Positions 13,633-26,930 of a stretch of DNA of 64,000 nucleotides are shown here, in pieces; within the stretch, counting starts at the first letter, position 1, and each line of letters opens with the position of its first letter. Origin of the DNA: Antedon mediterranea (lineage: Eukaryota; Animalia; Echinodermata); contig NC_092670.1 of the NCBI RefSeq assembly GCF_964355755.1, positions 30,306,388-30,370,387 of the forward strand. The letters are read 5' to 3'. Both the position numbers and the translations under genes were made by a program. Under the pieces are notes generated by a model that was not told the DNA's origin, searched no databases, and saw only the letters and a list, made by a program, of their open reading frames with translations.

Positions 13633-14716
13633 TATGGAACGCCTCCTCTGCCTTCAGTTCACATTTATCATGCAGTACACACCAATCGTCATGCAGTACA
13701 CACCAATCGTCATGCAGTACACACCAATGGTCATGCAGTACACACCAATCGTCATGCAGTACACACCAATCGTCATGCAGTACACACCAAACAACATGCA
13801 GTACACACCAATCGTCATGCAGTACACACCAATCGTCATGCAGTACACACCAATCGTCATGCAGTACACACCAATGGTCATGCAGTACACACCAATCGTC
13901 GTTCACATTTATCATGCAGTACACACCAATCGTCATGCAGTACACACCAATCGTCTTGCAGTACACACCAAACATCATGCAGTACACACCAATTGTCATG
14001 CAGTACACACCAATCGCCATGCAGTACACACCAATCGTCATGCAGTCAAATATTGCGTAATTTATCGACAAAATCGAATATCACGTGAGTTTTATTAGAC
14101 GGCTGTAAAACTAAGACTATTTAAACTTCTTTTATGGAATTCAATAATTGCTAATGGCCTCCTAGCCGCGCCTGTGTCTCACATAATAAATTATTGTATA
14201 TATAAAAAACAGAGCATTCACAGAGATGTGTAGCGGTTAAAATAAGTACAGTATGTCAAACATAAAAGAAATCTTAGAGTCGATGGCCTAGTTTTACAGC
14301 CGTCTAATAAACGTCACGTGATATTCGACGATTGGTGTGTACTGCAAGCATGACGATTGGTGTGTACTGCATGACAATTGGTGTGTACTGCATGACCATT
14401 GGTGTGTACTGCATGATGTTTGGTGTGTACTGCATGACGATTGGTGTGTACTGCATGATGTTTGGTGTGTACTGCATGACGATTGGTGTGTACTGCATGA
14501 CCATTGGTGTGTACTGCATGACGATTGGTGTGTACTGCATGACCATTGGTGTGTACTGCATGATAAATGTGAACGACGATTGGTGTGTACTGCATGGCCA
14601 TTGGTGTGTACTGCATGACCATTGGTGTGTACTGCATGACCATTGGTGTGTACTGCATGACGATTGGTGTGTACTGCATAGCAAATGTGAACTGAAGGCA
14701 GAGGAGGCGTTCCATA
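13633..14716. mobile_element. Foldback non-autonomous DNA transposon, IS3EU-like (TATGG..CCATA, 6-bp TSD) with inverted 21-bp arrays
   Basis: TIR tatggaacgcctcctctgccttcagttcacattt; CTAGAG at 13627-13632 and 14717-14722; single CTAGAG in the empty paralogous site 41462-41467; arms of CATGCAGTACACACCAATCGT repeats. Confidence 0.8.
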
Positions 14717-14758
14717 CTAGAGACAACGTGGATTACTTCTGTTTTGTTCAAAATTGTA

Positions 14759-15858
14759 ATCACCTGTAATCACCTGTAATCACCTGTCTTGTCGGGCTCG
14801 TAAGTAGACCATACATTTCTGTATGGTACATGTCATGCCCTCCCAATTTCATCAAGTCATCACTGCATGGTTTGTTTTTTTTTTGGTTTGTTTTTTTTTT
14901 CATTCGTTTCCTTGATTTAAATTCTTCTGCAATACACTTTATCCCATAAAAGTAAATTTGTTGTATTTTCTTTCAATGAATTTATCAAGTTTATTTTTAA
15001 AGGCGTTTACTGTGGTGGTGTTAACGGCTTCCTCTGGTAGACTATTCCATAGGTTAACAATTCTGTAAGAAAAATTGTACTTGCGGATATCCAGTTTAGG
15101 TCGTCGCTTATATATGGTGTATCTATGCCTTCTTAGGTTTCTCTCGTATGTTTTCATAGGGAAGAAGTTACGCATTCCACTACCACTTAGGCCTGTCACC
15201 ATTTTAAAAACTTGAATCATATCTCCTCGTAATCTTCTAAAGGCCAATGTTGGTAGATTTAGTCGTTTTAGGCGTTCTGTATAATCCAAGTCTTTTAATG
15301 ATGGAATTGCTTTTGTTGCCCTCCTTTGAACTTTTTCAATGCATGTTATATCTTTACGAAGAAACGGAGACCATACACAGTTAGCATATTCAAGGTGAGG
15401 TCTCACTAATGATTTAAAAAGTGGAACAAACATTTCCTCATCAAGGTAGTTAAATGTATGTCTGATCAGACCAACAACTCTATTGGCTCTATTACTGACG
15501 ATTCCAACGTGTTTGCTGAACTTGAGGGTCTGGTCAAATATAACGCCCAAGTCTTTTTCTTCCTCTTTTGCCTGCAAAGCCTCCGCTGACATCGTATAAT
15601 TGTACAATTCAAGGTTCCTGCCAAGATGCATAATGCAGCACTTATTGACGTTAAACTTCAACTGCCAAGTTTTTGCCCAATCGTTAGCAGCATCAATATC
15701 ACGTTGGAGGGCTTCACAGTCAGCCCCACTTTTAATATGATTGAACAGTTTGGTATCATCAGCAAACATCTCTGCGTGGGTTTCTAATATATCGGGTAGA
15801 TCGTTTATGTAGATCAAGAATAGTATAGGTCCGAGGACACTTCCTTGGGGTATCCCGC
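14759..15858 (-). mobile_element. 5'-truncated CR1-clade LINE (RT C-terminal part, 3'UTR, 10-bp repeat tail)
   Basis: ORF 15880-14939: SGIPQGSVLGPILFLIYINDL, FADDTKL, LVRPHLEY, QRRATK, RRLRGDMI; tail (ACAGGTGATT)3; TTGTA at both junctions. Confidence 0.92.
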
Positions 15859-17392
15859 TTGTACCACCGTGAGCCCTCATAGACTCTCTTTTCCCAGACG
15901 TTTTGGGTCCAGCAGCTCGGATCTATAAATTATAGTCGAGTTTATAAAGTCGCAGTTGGCCTTAGATATATGCTTGCTTCTGAATGAGTATAAATCCTCA
16001 TGGGACGTAGGCCTACCTGGCTAGAGCAGTTGTGTGAAAAAATATTTAATATAATGTTATGTATGTGGATGATAAGGAACTGGATTGGGTTTTCTTCTTT
16101 TATTTACTAATTACGGGAGATCCTCTCTTGTTTTCATTCGTTGCTTAGTGAGAAAATCTGCGCGCTCGCGATACTTGTTTACGCGATATTTATTTAACAC
16201 CCTAGAGGCCTAAGAAACGTGAATCTACAGATAGTTATAATAACAATAATGATTTGTTAATTATTTGTAATAATATTTTTTTCAACCAACCAAAAAAATA
16301 AAGGGCCGGCTAATAATAAACTGCTTGCGCGTTGTTGCTATGTGTGGAGCGCACTATAATAGGTGCGCGATGCGAAGAATTCTACGCATGCAATGTATTT
16401 TATTTATAATATTATTGACAAATATCTTTTTTGATAATTTAAAAGTACAGATCATGCAATTTTTTAGAATAATTTCCAATGAATTATACTCTCGTTCTTT
16501 ACTTACTTAAGATTTAATATTTTCTTTGCATTATAGTCAAGTGCTCTCACAAGTATTGACGCAAGGAGTAAGTTGTCTAATCCATACCTAATGAAAGGAG
16601 TTGAAAACAAGGAAAATAAAAAGAAGAACAAGCAGCAGGAAAAAGACGAAAAGAAATAGCTGGAGAAGAAGGAAGAGAAAGAGGGGAGAAGAAGGAAAAG
16701 AAAGATAAGAAGGAAAAGAAAGAGGTGAAGAAGAAGAAAAAGAAAGAAAAAAAGAATGAGAAGAGAGTGCAGAATAACACGGTAATTAATTATTAATAAT
16801 ACTCTGACTTTTTCATTATGATTTATTATATATTAATTTAATTAGATATGAAAATAACTTTACAATTTTGTTTTACTTAAAGTATAAAGTGGCAGGCCAT
16901 ATCATTAATGTGATACCAATAGAAACATCTGATGAGGATCGGAGGAAGAAGATGTGGAGGAAGGGAAGGAGGAAAGGAACAAAAAAGAGGAGAGGAAAGC
17001 AAATAAGAAAAAAGAAAATGAAAGAAGAAAAAAAGAAAGAGGAGAAGAAGGAAAAGAAAGAGAAAAAGAAAGAAATAAAGAACACGGTAATTATTACTAT
17101 TATTAGTACTTCTGTAACTTTCATTAATTCTATAATAATTTAATTACAGACTAACGTAACCATTTTGTTTACTTATTAAAGTCCGAAGCAGCATGCAAAC
17201 AATATCATTACCTTAACACCAATCCAAAGATTTGTTGAGGAGGAAGAAGACGAGAGAGAAGAGAAGAAGGAAAAGAAAGATGAGGAGCAGAAGGAAAAGA
17301 AAGAAAAAAAGAAAGAACAGAAGAAGGAAAGAAGGAAAAGAAAATAGAGGAAAAGAATAGGAAGAAAGAAATGAAGAAGCAGAAGGGGAAGA

Positions 17393-18172
17393 AACAAGGC
17401 CAACAGCCATTAAGTCGCGTGCTACAATGCATAGTGATACCGGACCGACAGACAGACAGACCGACAGACAGACAGACCGACCGACCGACATAGTGAACTA
17501 TACTGACCGAAATTACTGAACATGTTTAAAAATGTTGAAATGTTTAAAAACATTTATATTTTTTTAATTTACACGTGCGTAGCCTGTCACTTTCGACGTG
17601 CTCGTATAACGTAATTTCGAGTTGAAAAGTAAGTCAAGAAAACAGAAATCGGGCTAAAAGAGTGCGCAATAACATTTAACGCACAGTGCGCGCGCAAAAA
17701 TATGCGCACTCATGGCAATTTTGTAAACGCTTAAAATTGCCTGAAATGTACTCTTATTTCATCGAAAATAAATTTTGAAAATTTTAAGCGCGCGTACACA
17801 TGCGTTACATGCGCTACGCACGTAATTGTATTGCCATATGATGATTTATGCCCTGAAATTTATGAGTACCAAATTTTATTTAATTGTAATTCATGGTTGT
17901 GAAGATATGATTACAAACGTGATTTCGTTAAATCGTGCGTAGACAGCGTAATTTTTTATTGCGCACCGTGAAAACATAACCACATTGATTCCTGGCCATA
18001 AGGAATATACTGTGAAAAATTGACCTAGCTAGATTAAACTGATATCAAGATAAGGTCAGAAAGCGATAAAACGCATAGTGATACCGGACCAACAGACAGA
18101 CCGACAGACAGACAGACAGACCGACCAACCGACCGACATAGTGAACTATAGAGTCGCTTCCACGCGACTAAA
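17393..18172 (-). mobile_element. HINE/DINE-1-like element, family H3
   Basis: Minus strand: ttttagtcgcgtggaagcgact 5' end, (GTCT/GTCG)n microsatellite (duplicated internally), subTIR cacgcgact, 3' ggctgttggcc-ttgtt. Confidence 0.75.
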
Positions 18173-18372
18173 AAGAGGGAAAAGGTATGATGATAGTATT
18201 ATTCATATCTTAAATCAATTATAGTTATGATTTTTATAGTGAATAACAATATTATAGAAATTACATAACTTACGACTAAAATATTTAATTATCAATGCTA
18301 TTCAGATTCTAAACAAGAGTCTGATGGACAATCATCTACTGCAAAACCTGGCCGAGAAGTAGCAGCAAGTAA

Positions 18373-18606
18373 AGCCTGGTTTCCATAAATCGCTACACGA
18401 CAGAGCGTAGCGATTCTATGGAAACGCTAGAATTTGTACGTACGCGTATACAATTCATCGCCGACAAAATCGGCAAAGTTGAACATGGTTGAACTTTGCC
18501 GATTTGACTGCGATGAATCGGGGAGCCTTCCCGATTGCGTCGGCGACATCTGCGCGTGTAGCGATTTTAATGGAAACGCTGTAGCGATTTTAATGGAAAC
18601 CAGGCT
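18373..18606. mobile_element. PIF/Harbinger MITE
   Basis: TIR agcctggtttccat..atggaaaccaggct; TAA TSD at 18370-18372 and 18607-18609. Confidence 0.88.
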
Positions 18607-19198
18607 TAATGCATGGACAGGGAATGAGGAAGTGAAGGAGATTGTATTACCAAAAACTAATTTCTTCAATGCATTAAGAGGAAAACTAGGATTTAAAGAC
18701 AACAATACCAACACCGTCGGATTTACAGTAAGTATACAATAAAAAAAAGTTGTTGATATAGAACTTTAATTTAAAACGATGACTTAAATAATGGCAAAAT
18801 TAATATTTCTTATTTACAGTTTTTATTACTTATTCTATTTAGGCTCACTTTGATGATATATTTAAAGAAGATATTGAGTCAGTGCCCCGCCGCCGTAGAG
18901 CGGTCTTAGGACCTCCTACAACACTTTTAAACCAAAGAGATACGGTGGGCAACTTCATTCTAGGGTTGGATGCAGCCACCCCTGGAATGTTCTAAGTTTT
19001 TAGTTAAGGTGAGACATCATAAAGTTTTGAAAAAATTGTAATGACTTCAATTGGTCAGTATTGGTGTTATCTTATTTTGAAAGTTTAAAAGCTGTAATCG
19101 TTGAACAACTAATTTTAAAAAGTTGTATTTATTTTTCTTTGCAGGAATGGATTTTGAATGGCGGTTGATTTGTGGGGAGAGATAAGTGTGTTTATTTT

Positions 19199-19850
19199 AG
19201 TGGGGTTGGTGAGCATCATGCCAAAATACGCAAATTGAGGGCACTATGCTTTGCCAAAATACGCAAATCATGCCAAAATACGCAAATTTATTTTTCAGGA
19301 ATTTGTATGATTTATTTCTTTTTTATTTTTAAATGCGCCTTGAGCACTCTGGAGTGGTATGTGCGCTATAAAAATCTTATCATCATCATCATCATCATCA
19401 TCATCAAATCATGCCAAAATACGCAAATTGAGGGCGCTATGCATTGCCAAAATACGCAAATCATGCCAAAATATGCAAATCTGCTTTGCCAAAATACACA
19501 AATCATGCAAAAATACGCAAATTGAGGGCGCTATGCTTTGCCAAAATACACAAATCATGCCAAAATACGCAAATCTGCTTTGCCAAAATAAACAAATCAT
19601 GCCAAAATACGCAAATCTGCTTTGCCAAAATACACAAATCATGCCAAAATACGCAAACTGAGGGCGCTATGCTTTGCCAAAATACGCAAATCATGCCAAA
19701 ATACGCAAATTGAGGGCGTGTTGCTGCCAAAATACACAAATCATGCCAAAATACGCAAATTGAGGGCGTTTTGCTTTGCCAAAATACACAAATCATGCCA
19801 AAATACGCAAATCTGCTATTTTGGCAGGCTACTCACCAACAACCCTAATG
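19199..19850. mobile_element. MULE-like element filled with ~20-bp TGCCAAAATACGCAAAT repeats; contains an L2-like 3' tail
   Basis: Imperfect TIRs gttggtgag..ctcaccaac; GTTTATTTT at 19190-19198 and 19851-19859; gcgccttgagcac..gtgcgctataaa(atc)n tail at ~19335-19405. Confidence 0.6.
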
Positions 19851-20741
19851 GTTTATTTTCGGTAGGTAAATTTTGAAACTCTTCAATGACTCTTTTTTTC
19901 AACTTTTGACATATATTTTTTTACTTTTTGTGATGTTTGCAACGTGGGTTATGTTATTTGTTTTGGGGTATGACTGCTGGGTATGGTGGTGCTTTTTTAA
20001 ACTTACTTTTGCTGAAATAGGGATGTGAAACATTGGAAATTATATGAAGGAAATTACATCTAAATGGAGAAAGTAAAAAAGGTGGGGTTAAAATTTTGCA
20101 GATTTCAACCTGAGATTGCCTTTCTTTCTTATTGTACTGGTACTTAACATCAACGTAAACGTAATGTGCACAAACAGTGGAAAAATGCATGTATTTATTG
20201 CCAAACCTGAAATAGAAAAACAACTAAATTCGAACGAAAATTACCAAATAAAACAATAGCCTGGCCATCATTGTTTTTCTGCTTAATAACATCTAATCAA
20301 ATGACTTCAATTTATGTCTTATAGACAGTTTGTCCTTTTGCTCTGAGCTCTCTTACCAAACGGTTTGCTTTTTTCACACCCCTACTAAGCAATTGAGTGT
20401 TGATAACTGACCATTAAGCCAATCGGCCTGCTCCATTCATTTAATGTCATTTATGTGAATTTCCAAACTTCTTGTCTCGGATATTGTCGGAGGGAGATTA
20501 ATCGATAATTTGTCGAGCTAAAATGAAACCTGCCGTTATATTCATGCGAGTTTTAAAACCCCACTTTACTTGCCGCCTTATTTATATATTTAAAGCAGCA
20601 CACGTCATTAAATAAATTATCATATATTATATTTGAAATTGTCCGTTTTTAAATAGTGTTTTAGTACCACTAATTATTTGAGAATACGCCTCCCAGTGGG
20701 CAAAAATTGGTTGAATTAACGTTAATTCAACGTTATCTGCA

Positions 20742-21460
20742 AACGTTGAAATAACGTTGAAAAAGTGGTTGAAAATGAAAGTTTGCCTCAACGTAAATGT
20801 CAACGTTGAATCAACATAGAAATTATCAACGTTGAAACAACGTTAAAATAAGTAACGTTGAAATAACGTTGAAAAAATGGTTGAAAATGAAAGTTTGCCT
20901 CAACGTAAATGTCAACGTTGAATCAACATAGAAATCATCAACGTTGAAACAACGTTAAAATAAGTAACGTTGAAATAACATTGAAAAAATGGTTGAAAAT
21001 GAAAGTTTGCCTCAACTTAAATGTCAACGTTGAATCAACATAGAAATTATCAACGTTGAAACAACGTTAAAATAGGTAACGTTGAAATAACGTTGAAAAA
21101 ATGGTTGAAAATGAAAGTTTGCCTCAACGTAAATGTCAACGTTGAATCAACATAGAAATTATCAACGTTGAAACAACGTTAAAATAGGTAACGTTGAAAT
21201 AACGTTGAAAATGAAAGTTTGCCTCAACGTAAATGTCAACGTTGAATCAACATAGAAATTATCAACGTTGAAACAACGTTAAAATAAGTAACGTTGAAAT
21301 AACGTTGAAAAAATGGTTGAAAATGAAAGTTTGCCTCAACAAAAATGTCAACGTTGATTCAACATAGATTATCAACGTTGAAACAACGTAAAAATGTCTA
21401 CGTTGAAATTATCAATGTTGATTCAATGTTGAAATTATTAACGTTGAAACAACGTAATAA
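20742..21460. repeat. 112-bp tandem array (~6 units)
   Basis: Unit starts at 20742, 20854, 20966, 21078, 21190, 21290. Confidence 0.92.
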
Positions 21461-22547
21461 TTAAGTTGAAATGAAAATTTGCATCAACGTAAATTTAAAC
21501 ATAGATTTAACGAAATTTGATTTGTTGAATTACTATATCCAATTTGAATCAACGGTTTTAAAGTAGTTAGTAGTAAAGGTACTGTTACGTCGCAGAATCC
21601 ATCAATAGAGACATTTTATAAATACTGTATATCTTACTAATCTTTAATTTCTATAAAAACATAAAATAACATTTAATCAGGTGTTATCAAATCATCAGGC
21701 AAAATCCAAGCAACAATCAAATAATGTACATCCTCACTGACAGTTCTCAGGTACCAATGTTAAGTATAAAAAATATACAAATAACCAGTTTGTAATATGT
21801 TTGCCAACTAACATGATTGAATAACTATAAATATTGGCTGATTACAGTAAAACACAATAAATACAACACACGTCACAGGTGCCTTGTGCTAATGTTGCAG
21901 AAGTCCAAATGATGGCAATAACACAATACTGTAATTGCATTGTTCCGATTAGTCAATAAACAGTTGCCTCGATTCCTGTGTTGACATTGTCCTATGCTTT
22001 CCAAAAGTGTGGCAATATTATTTTTCCAAACCTGAAACAAATTCAATCAAGTTACTGTAGTTTTAAACAAAAATAATACAGTAAAAAATTAATTGTTGAA
22101 AGATTTATTGTCCCCAAAAAATATGAACAATGAAGATTAATACAATCATACTTTGAATACCTTGCCATTTTGCAATTTTAACAATTTAGATATTCACTTG
22201 CCGTAGAAAATAAACAAAAACAATAAAGATTTCACTTAACAAAAATACAAAATAAACAGTACATTTAACCAAAAACCAATTGTTTGTTTAAATTGTCCCC
22301 CTTTTAAGGTACAAATGCATTTTTAAAAATCTAATTTTTGGTCAAAGTGAACAACTCTATAGTGACGGCATATTCAACAAAACATTTAAAAAAAAATTGT
22401 TCAGTTCAATTATATCTTTAACACATTGTTCAAAAATCATACTGTACATAAACAAAAATTCAATTCAGAACATCATTTCACACTTACACGTAACATATGC
22501 AATCAATTCAATTTATGTAAATAATATTGCAACACTGTATTAATATT

Positions 22548-23540
22548 TACGCCGTGGTTAGGATTCCGGCACCGAAACTCAACTGCCCAGCGTTAGGGAA
22601 TCCGACACGCTATTGCGCATGCCCAGAGCAAGGTAATCGGCGATTTTTGTCTACAACAGACCAAAGCGTGGTTCCCACTAGCGACGCAACACAAGAACGT
22701 AACGCAACGCAAGTAAATTGACCAATCACAAGCGATGGCTTATTCGCTTGTGATTGCTAACTGTCTATAACTTCGCTTGTCATTGGTTAAAACGCTTGCG
22801 TTGCGTTTATGTCCTTGCGTTACGTTCTAGTGGGAACCAAGCTTTACAGCGATGGATCATTTTAATAGCTGCGCCACGGCGAACTAGCCGGCCTACATGC
22901 CTACTAATACTAGTAGGCCTACCAGCTAGATGTGACCATTGGGCCTATTTATTTCGTAATTAAATTTGCTTCATTCATATATAAACTTTATATATTTATG
23001 AATTATAATAATTGCATGACTAGTTTTATTTTTTATGATTTTTCAAGTACAAAATAAAAGATTTCATATAACGCATTTATACTGTACATATTAACATCAT
23101 GCAATCGTATACAAGTTGATTTGTTGACAGCAGCCGCCGTGCGGATTTGAAAAAAAAAAAAACAGAACTGTTCGGGAGAAGTCGATGTCGCAACGCTACG
23201 CTATTCATTTTCGTACATTTCTTGAAATACGCAAGCTGATTCTTATCAATATCATAATAATTATTTTAACGCGTGGCGTAATTATTAATTCATGTATGGC
23301 CTAGGCCAAGTTTCATCCATCGCTCTCTCCCCCGCGCGCCGACTAACTAGGCCACAGCAAAGATATCTTTGGCTACACAGTACATCCCTAGTTAACACTC
23401 CGACTCTCGGGTAATGTGGTGCGCGGTCTGTGGCACTAGTGCAAGCTATAATTACTTCGCTCTGGGCATGCGCAATAGCGTGTCGGATTCCCTAACGATG
23501 AGAAGTTGAGTTGCGGTGCCGGAATCCCAACGACGGCGTA
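22548..23540. mobile_element. Nested ~1-kb MITE with ~80-bp TIRs (superfamily unassigned)
   Basis: tacgccgtggttaggattccggcaccg..cggtgccggaatcccaacgacggcgta; TSD ATATT (5 bp), or AATATTT (7 bp) if the termini are ACG..CGT. Confidence 0.8.
22665..22843. mobile_element. Harbinger-like MITE nested in the MITE above
   Basis: agcgtggttcccactag..ctagtgggaaccaagct; internally palindromic. Confidence 0.7.
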
Positions 23541-24799
23541 ATATTTATTCAATTCAATATTAAAGTTAAGAACTATAAATACCAACCTTTTGTATATAAA
23601 AATATTGATCATCCATTAGATTTTTCTCGTTTGATTCACATAGAAAAGATTATAGGCCTACATGTACTTCATTATTTTGTACTCTAGCTAGGCATAGGCC
23701 AGGGCCTTAGCTAGGCCTACAATCTGAAATAAAGAAAGCAAGTAAGTTTAACAAATAGCCGTCCTAGGCTAGCAGCATGTGTTTGTATATTAACACTAAT
23801 AATAGCATTAGCAGCTACTGTAGACAGTCTACTCTAGCAGAAAGCTAGCTAGGCCAACTAATTATATATATTATTATAATGTTATATATGTATACTTTTG
23901 GATAAATAAAGAAAGTATTGAACTAAAAGGCCTAGTAATACATACCATTTTATAACCATAATAAGTACAGTACTGTAGTTATCCTTGACAAGGCAAATGT
24001 TTGCCCTTGACATGCATAATACTAAATGCTTCCACTAGCAGCCTGGCAGCCTGCCTAGCCTCTAGGCCTAGCCTACCAGGCTATAATAGCCTAGCTATGC
24101 ATGTGTGGCCTACTAGACTAGAGGCTAGCTATTGATAAGGGTAAAATAGTCAAGCTCAAAGCTTAAAAATTAGTAGATTACAAATAAAAAAGATTGTTTT
24201 CCTACCTCAAAACATACTTATTTGACAATTTCAATGATGAGCCTTTTTTTTCTACACACCACTACTACTGTAGGCCTAGCCTACGTCGAAGTAACTGAAA
24301 TTACTGACACCAGTTTCAAAATTTTATCAAAACGAAACTAAACCAATGACAAGCTCGTATCTTATGAAATTTGATCTTGCATATCATGAATGAAGGGATC
24401 ATTCAATTTTCAACACAACTTCTAGAACATTTTTGTATTATACAGAGACAATAATATTTGCCAATCTAAAATTCCTAAATAACCAATAATCATTTGTTTT
24501 ACAATAAAGGATGATAAAATAAACCGCCAACTGAAATCTAATATTAATTTAACGTTGAAACATCAATGGCAACGCACTTAGTATTAAAAAATTTAAGTAT
24601 TAAATAGAATTTATCTTTAATTTAACGTTTAATTAACATTGAAAAACAAAAATAATAATTGTTTGAAAAAACAACATAATTTCAAGAGTTTTTCAACGTT
24701 GAAAACATGTCATTTGAAAATGGCAACTGGATTTCAACGTTAAAATAACGTTGGAATAACATTGAAAAACAAAAATAATAATTGTTTGAAAAAAATTAT

Positions 24800-26930
24800 T
24801 AGTTAGAAATACAATGTTATTTCAACGTTGGATCAACATTGATAAATTAACGTCAATTACTAGTTAGAAAGACAATGTTATTTCAACGTTGGAGCAACAT
24901 TGATAAATTAACGTAAATTTCTTGTTAAAAATACAATTGTTATTTCAACGTTGGATCAACATTGATAAATTAACGTAAATTACTAGTTAGAAATACAATG
25001 TTATTTCAACGTTGGATCAACATTGATAAATTAACGTAAATTTCTAGTTAAAAATACAATGTTATTGCAACGTTGGATCAACATTGATAAATTAATGTAA
25101 ATTTCTTGTTAAAAATACAATGTTATTTCAACGTTGGATCAACATTGATAAATTAACGTAAATTTCTAGATATAAAGACAATGTTATTTCAACGTTGTAT
25201 CAACATTGATAAATTAACGTAAATTACTAGTTAGAAAGACAATGTTATTTCAACGTTGGATCAACATTAATAAATTAACGTAAATTTCTAGTTAAAAATA
25301 CAATGTTATTTCAACGTTGGATCAACATTGATAAATTAACGTAAATTACTAGTTAGAAATACAATGTTATTTCAACGTTGGATCAACATTGATAAATTAA
25401 CGTAAATTACTAGTTAAAAATACAATGTTATTTCAACGTTGGATCAACATTGATAAATTAACGTAAATTTCTAGTTAAAAATACTATGTGATTTTAACGT
25501 TGGATCAACATTGATAAATTAACGTAAATTACTAGTTTAAAATACAATGTTATTTCAACGTTGGATCAACATTGATAAATTAACGTAAATTTCTAGTTAA
25601 AAATACTATGTGATTTTAACGTTGGATCAACATTGATAAATTACCGTAAATTACTAGTTAGAAAGACAATGTTATTTCAACGTTGGATCAACAATGATAA
25701 ATTAACTTAAATTACTAGTTAAAAAGACAATGTTATTTCAACGTTGGATTAACATTAATAAATTAACGTAAATTTCTAGTTAAAAATACAATGTTATTTC
25801 AACGTTGGATCAACATTAATAAATTAACGTAAATTTCTAGTTAAAAATACATTGTTATTTCAACGTTGGATCAACATTGATAAATTAACGTAAATTACTA
25901 GTTAAAAATACAATGTTATTTCAACGTTGGATCAACATTGATAAATTAACGTAAATTACTAGTTAAAAATACAATGTTATTTCAACGTTGGATCAACATT
26001 GATAAATTAACTTAAATTTCGAGTTAAAAATACAATGTGATTTTAACGTTGGATCAACATTGATAAATTAAGGTAAATTACTAGTTAGAAAGACAATGTT
26101 ATTTCAACGTTGGATCAACATTGATAAATTAACTTAAATTACTAGTTAGAAAGACAATGTTATTTCAACGTTGGATCAACATTGATAATAAAACGAAAAT
26201 TTCTAGTTAGAAATACAATGTTATTTCAACGTTGGATCAACATTGATAAATTAACGTAAATTTCTAGTTAGAAAGACAATGTTATTTCAACGTTAAATCA
26301 ACATTGATAAATTAACGTAAATTACTAGTTAGAAAGACAATGTTATTTGAACGTTGGATCAACATTGATAATAAAACGTAAATTTCTAGTTAGAAATACA
26401 ATGTTATTTCAACGTTGGATCAACATTGATAAATTAACGTAAATTTCTAGTTAAAAATACAAGATTATTTCAACGTTGGATCAACATTGATAAATTAACG
26501 TAAATTTCTAGTTAAAAATACAATGTTATTTCAACGTTGGATCAACATTGACAAATTAACGTAAATTACTAGTTAGAAAGACAATGTTATTTCAACGTTA
26601 AATCAACATTGATAAATTAACGTAATTTACTAGTTAGAAGGACAATGTTATTTTAACGTTGGATCAACATTGATAAATTAACGTAAATTTCTAGTTAAAA
26701 ATACAATGTTATTTCAACGTTGAATCAACATTTATAAATTAACGTAAAACATTTGTTTGAAAAACAATGTTATTTCAACGTTAAATCAACATTTATTAAT
26801 TAACATAAATTACTAGTTAAAAAGAAAATGTTATTTCAACGTTGATTCAATGTTTATTACTAAACGTAAAAAAAATAGTTAGGGAAAAAATGTTATTTCA
26901 ACGTTGATTCAACGTTTGAAATACGCTGAC
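24800..26930. repeat. 61-bp tandem satellite (~34 units)
   Basis: aatgttatttcaacgttggatcaacattgataaattaacgtaaattactagttagaaatac; starts at 24813, 24874, 24935... Confidence 0.95.

Larger units (their letters stand above)
13340..16050 (+). repeat. Interspersed repeat family R copy 1, interrupted by foldback and LINE insertions
   Basis: 13370-13632, 14717-14735 and 15865-16050 are colinear with 41225-41780; inverted pieces at 52340-52410 and 54455-54540. Confidence 0.75.
16537..19010 (+). pseudogene. Decayed multi-exon gene with three duplicated Lys/Glu-rich exons
   Basis: Repeated acceptor (tatag/taaag) - purine-rich exon - aacacg|gtaatt donor units at 16537, ~16883, 17181; further exon-like blocks 18306-18727 and 18843-19008; in-frame stops, frameshifts and two TE insertions in exons. 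Confidence 0.45.

Noticed and set aside
13595-14769. Repetitive ORFs (MQYTPIV, HDDWCVL, CSTHQSS) as proteins
   Set aside because: All frames on both strands are open because of a stop-free 21-bp repeat inside a transposon
19172-19876. Overlapping AKIRKSCQNTQ ORFs
   Set aside because: Translation of the ~20-bp repeat
19954-20223. Minus-strand exon or ORF with a good acceptor
   Set aside because: No recognisable protein and no partner exons
24800-26930. CRISPR-like array
   Set aside because: Units are near-identical end to end with no unique spacers; eukaryotic context; no cas genes
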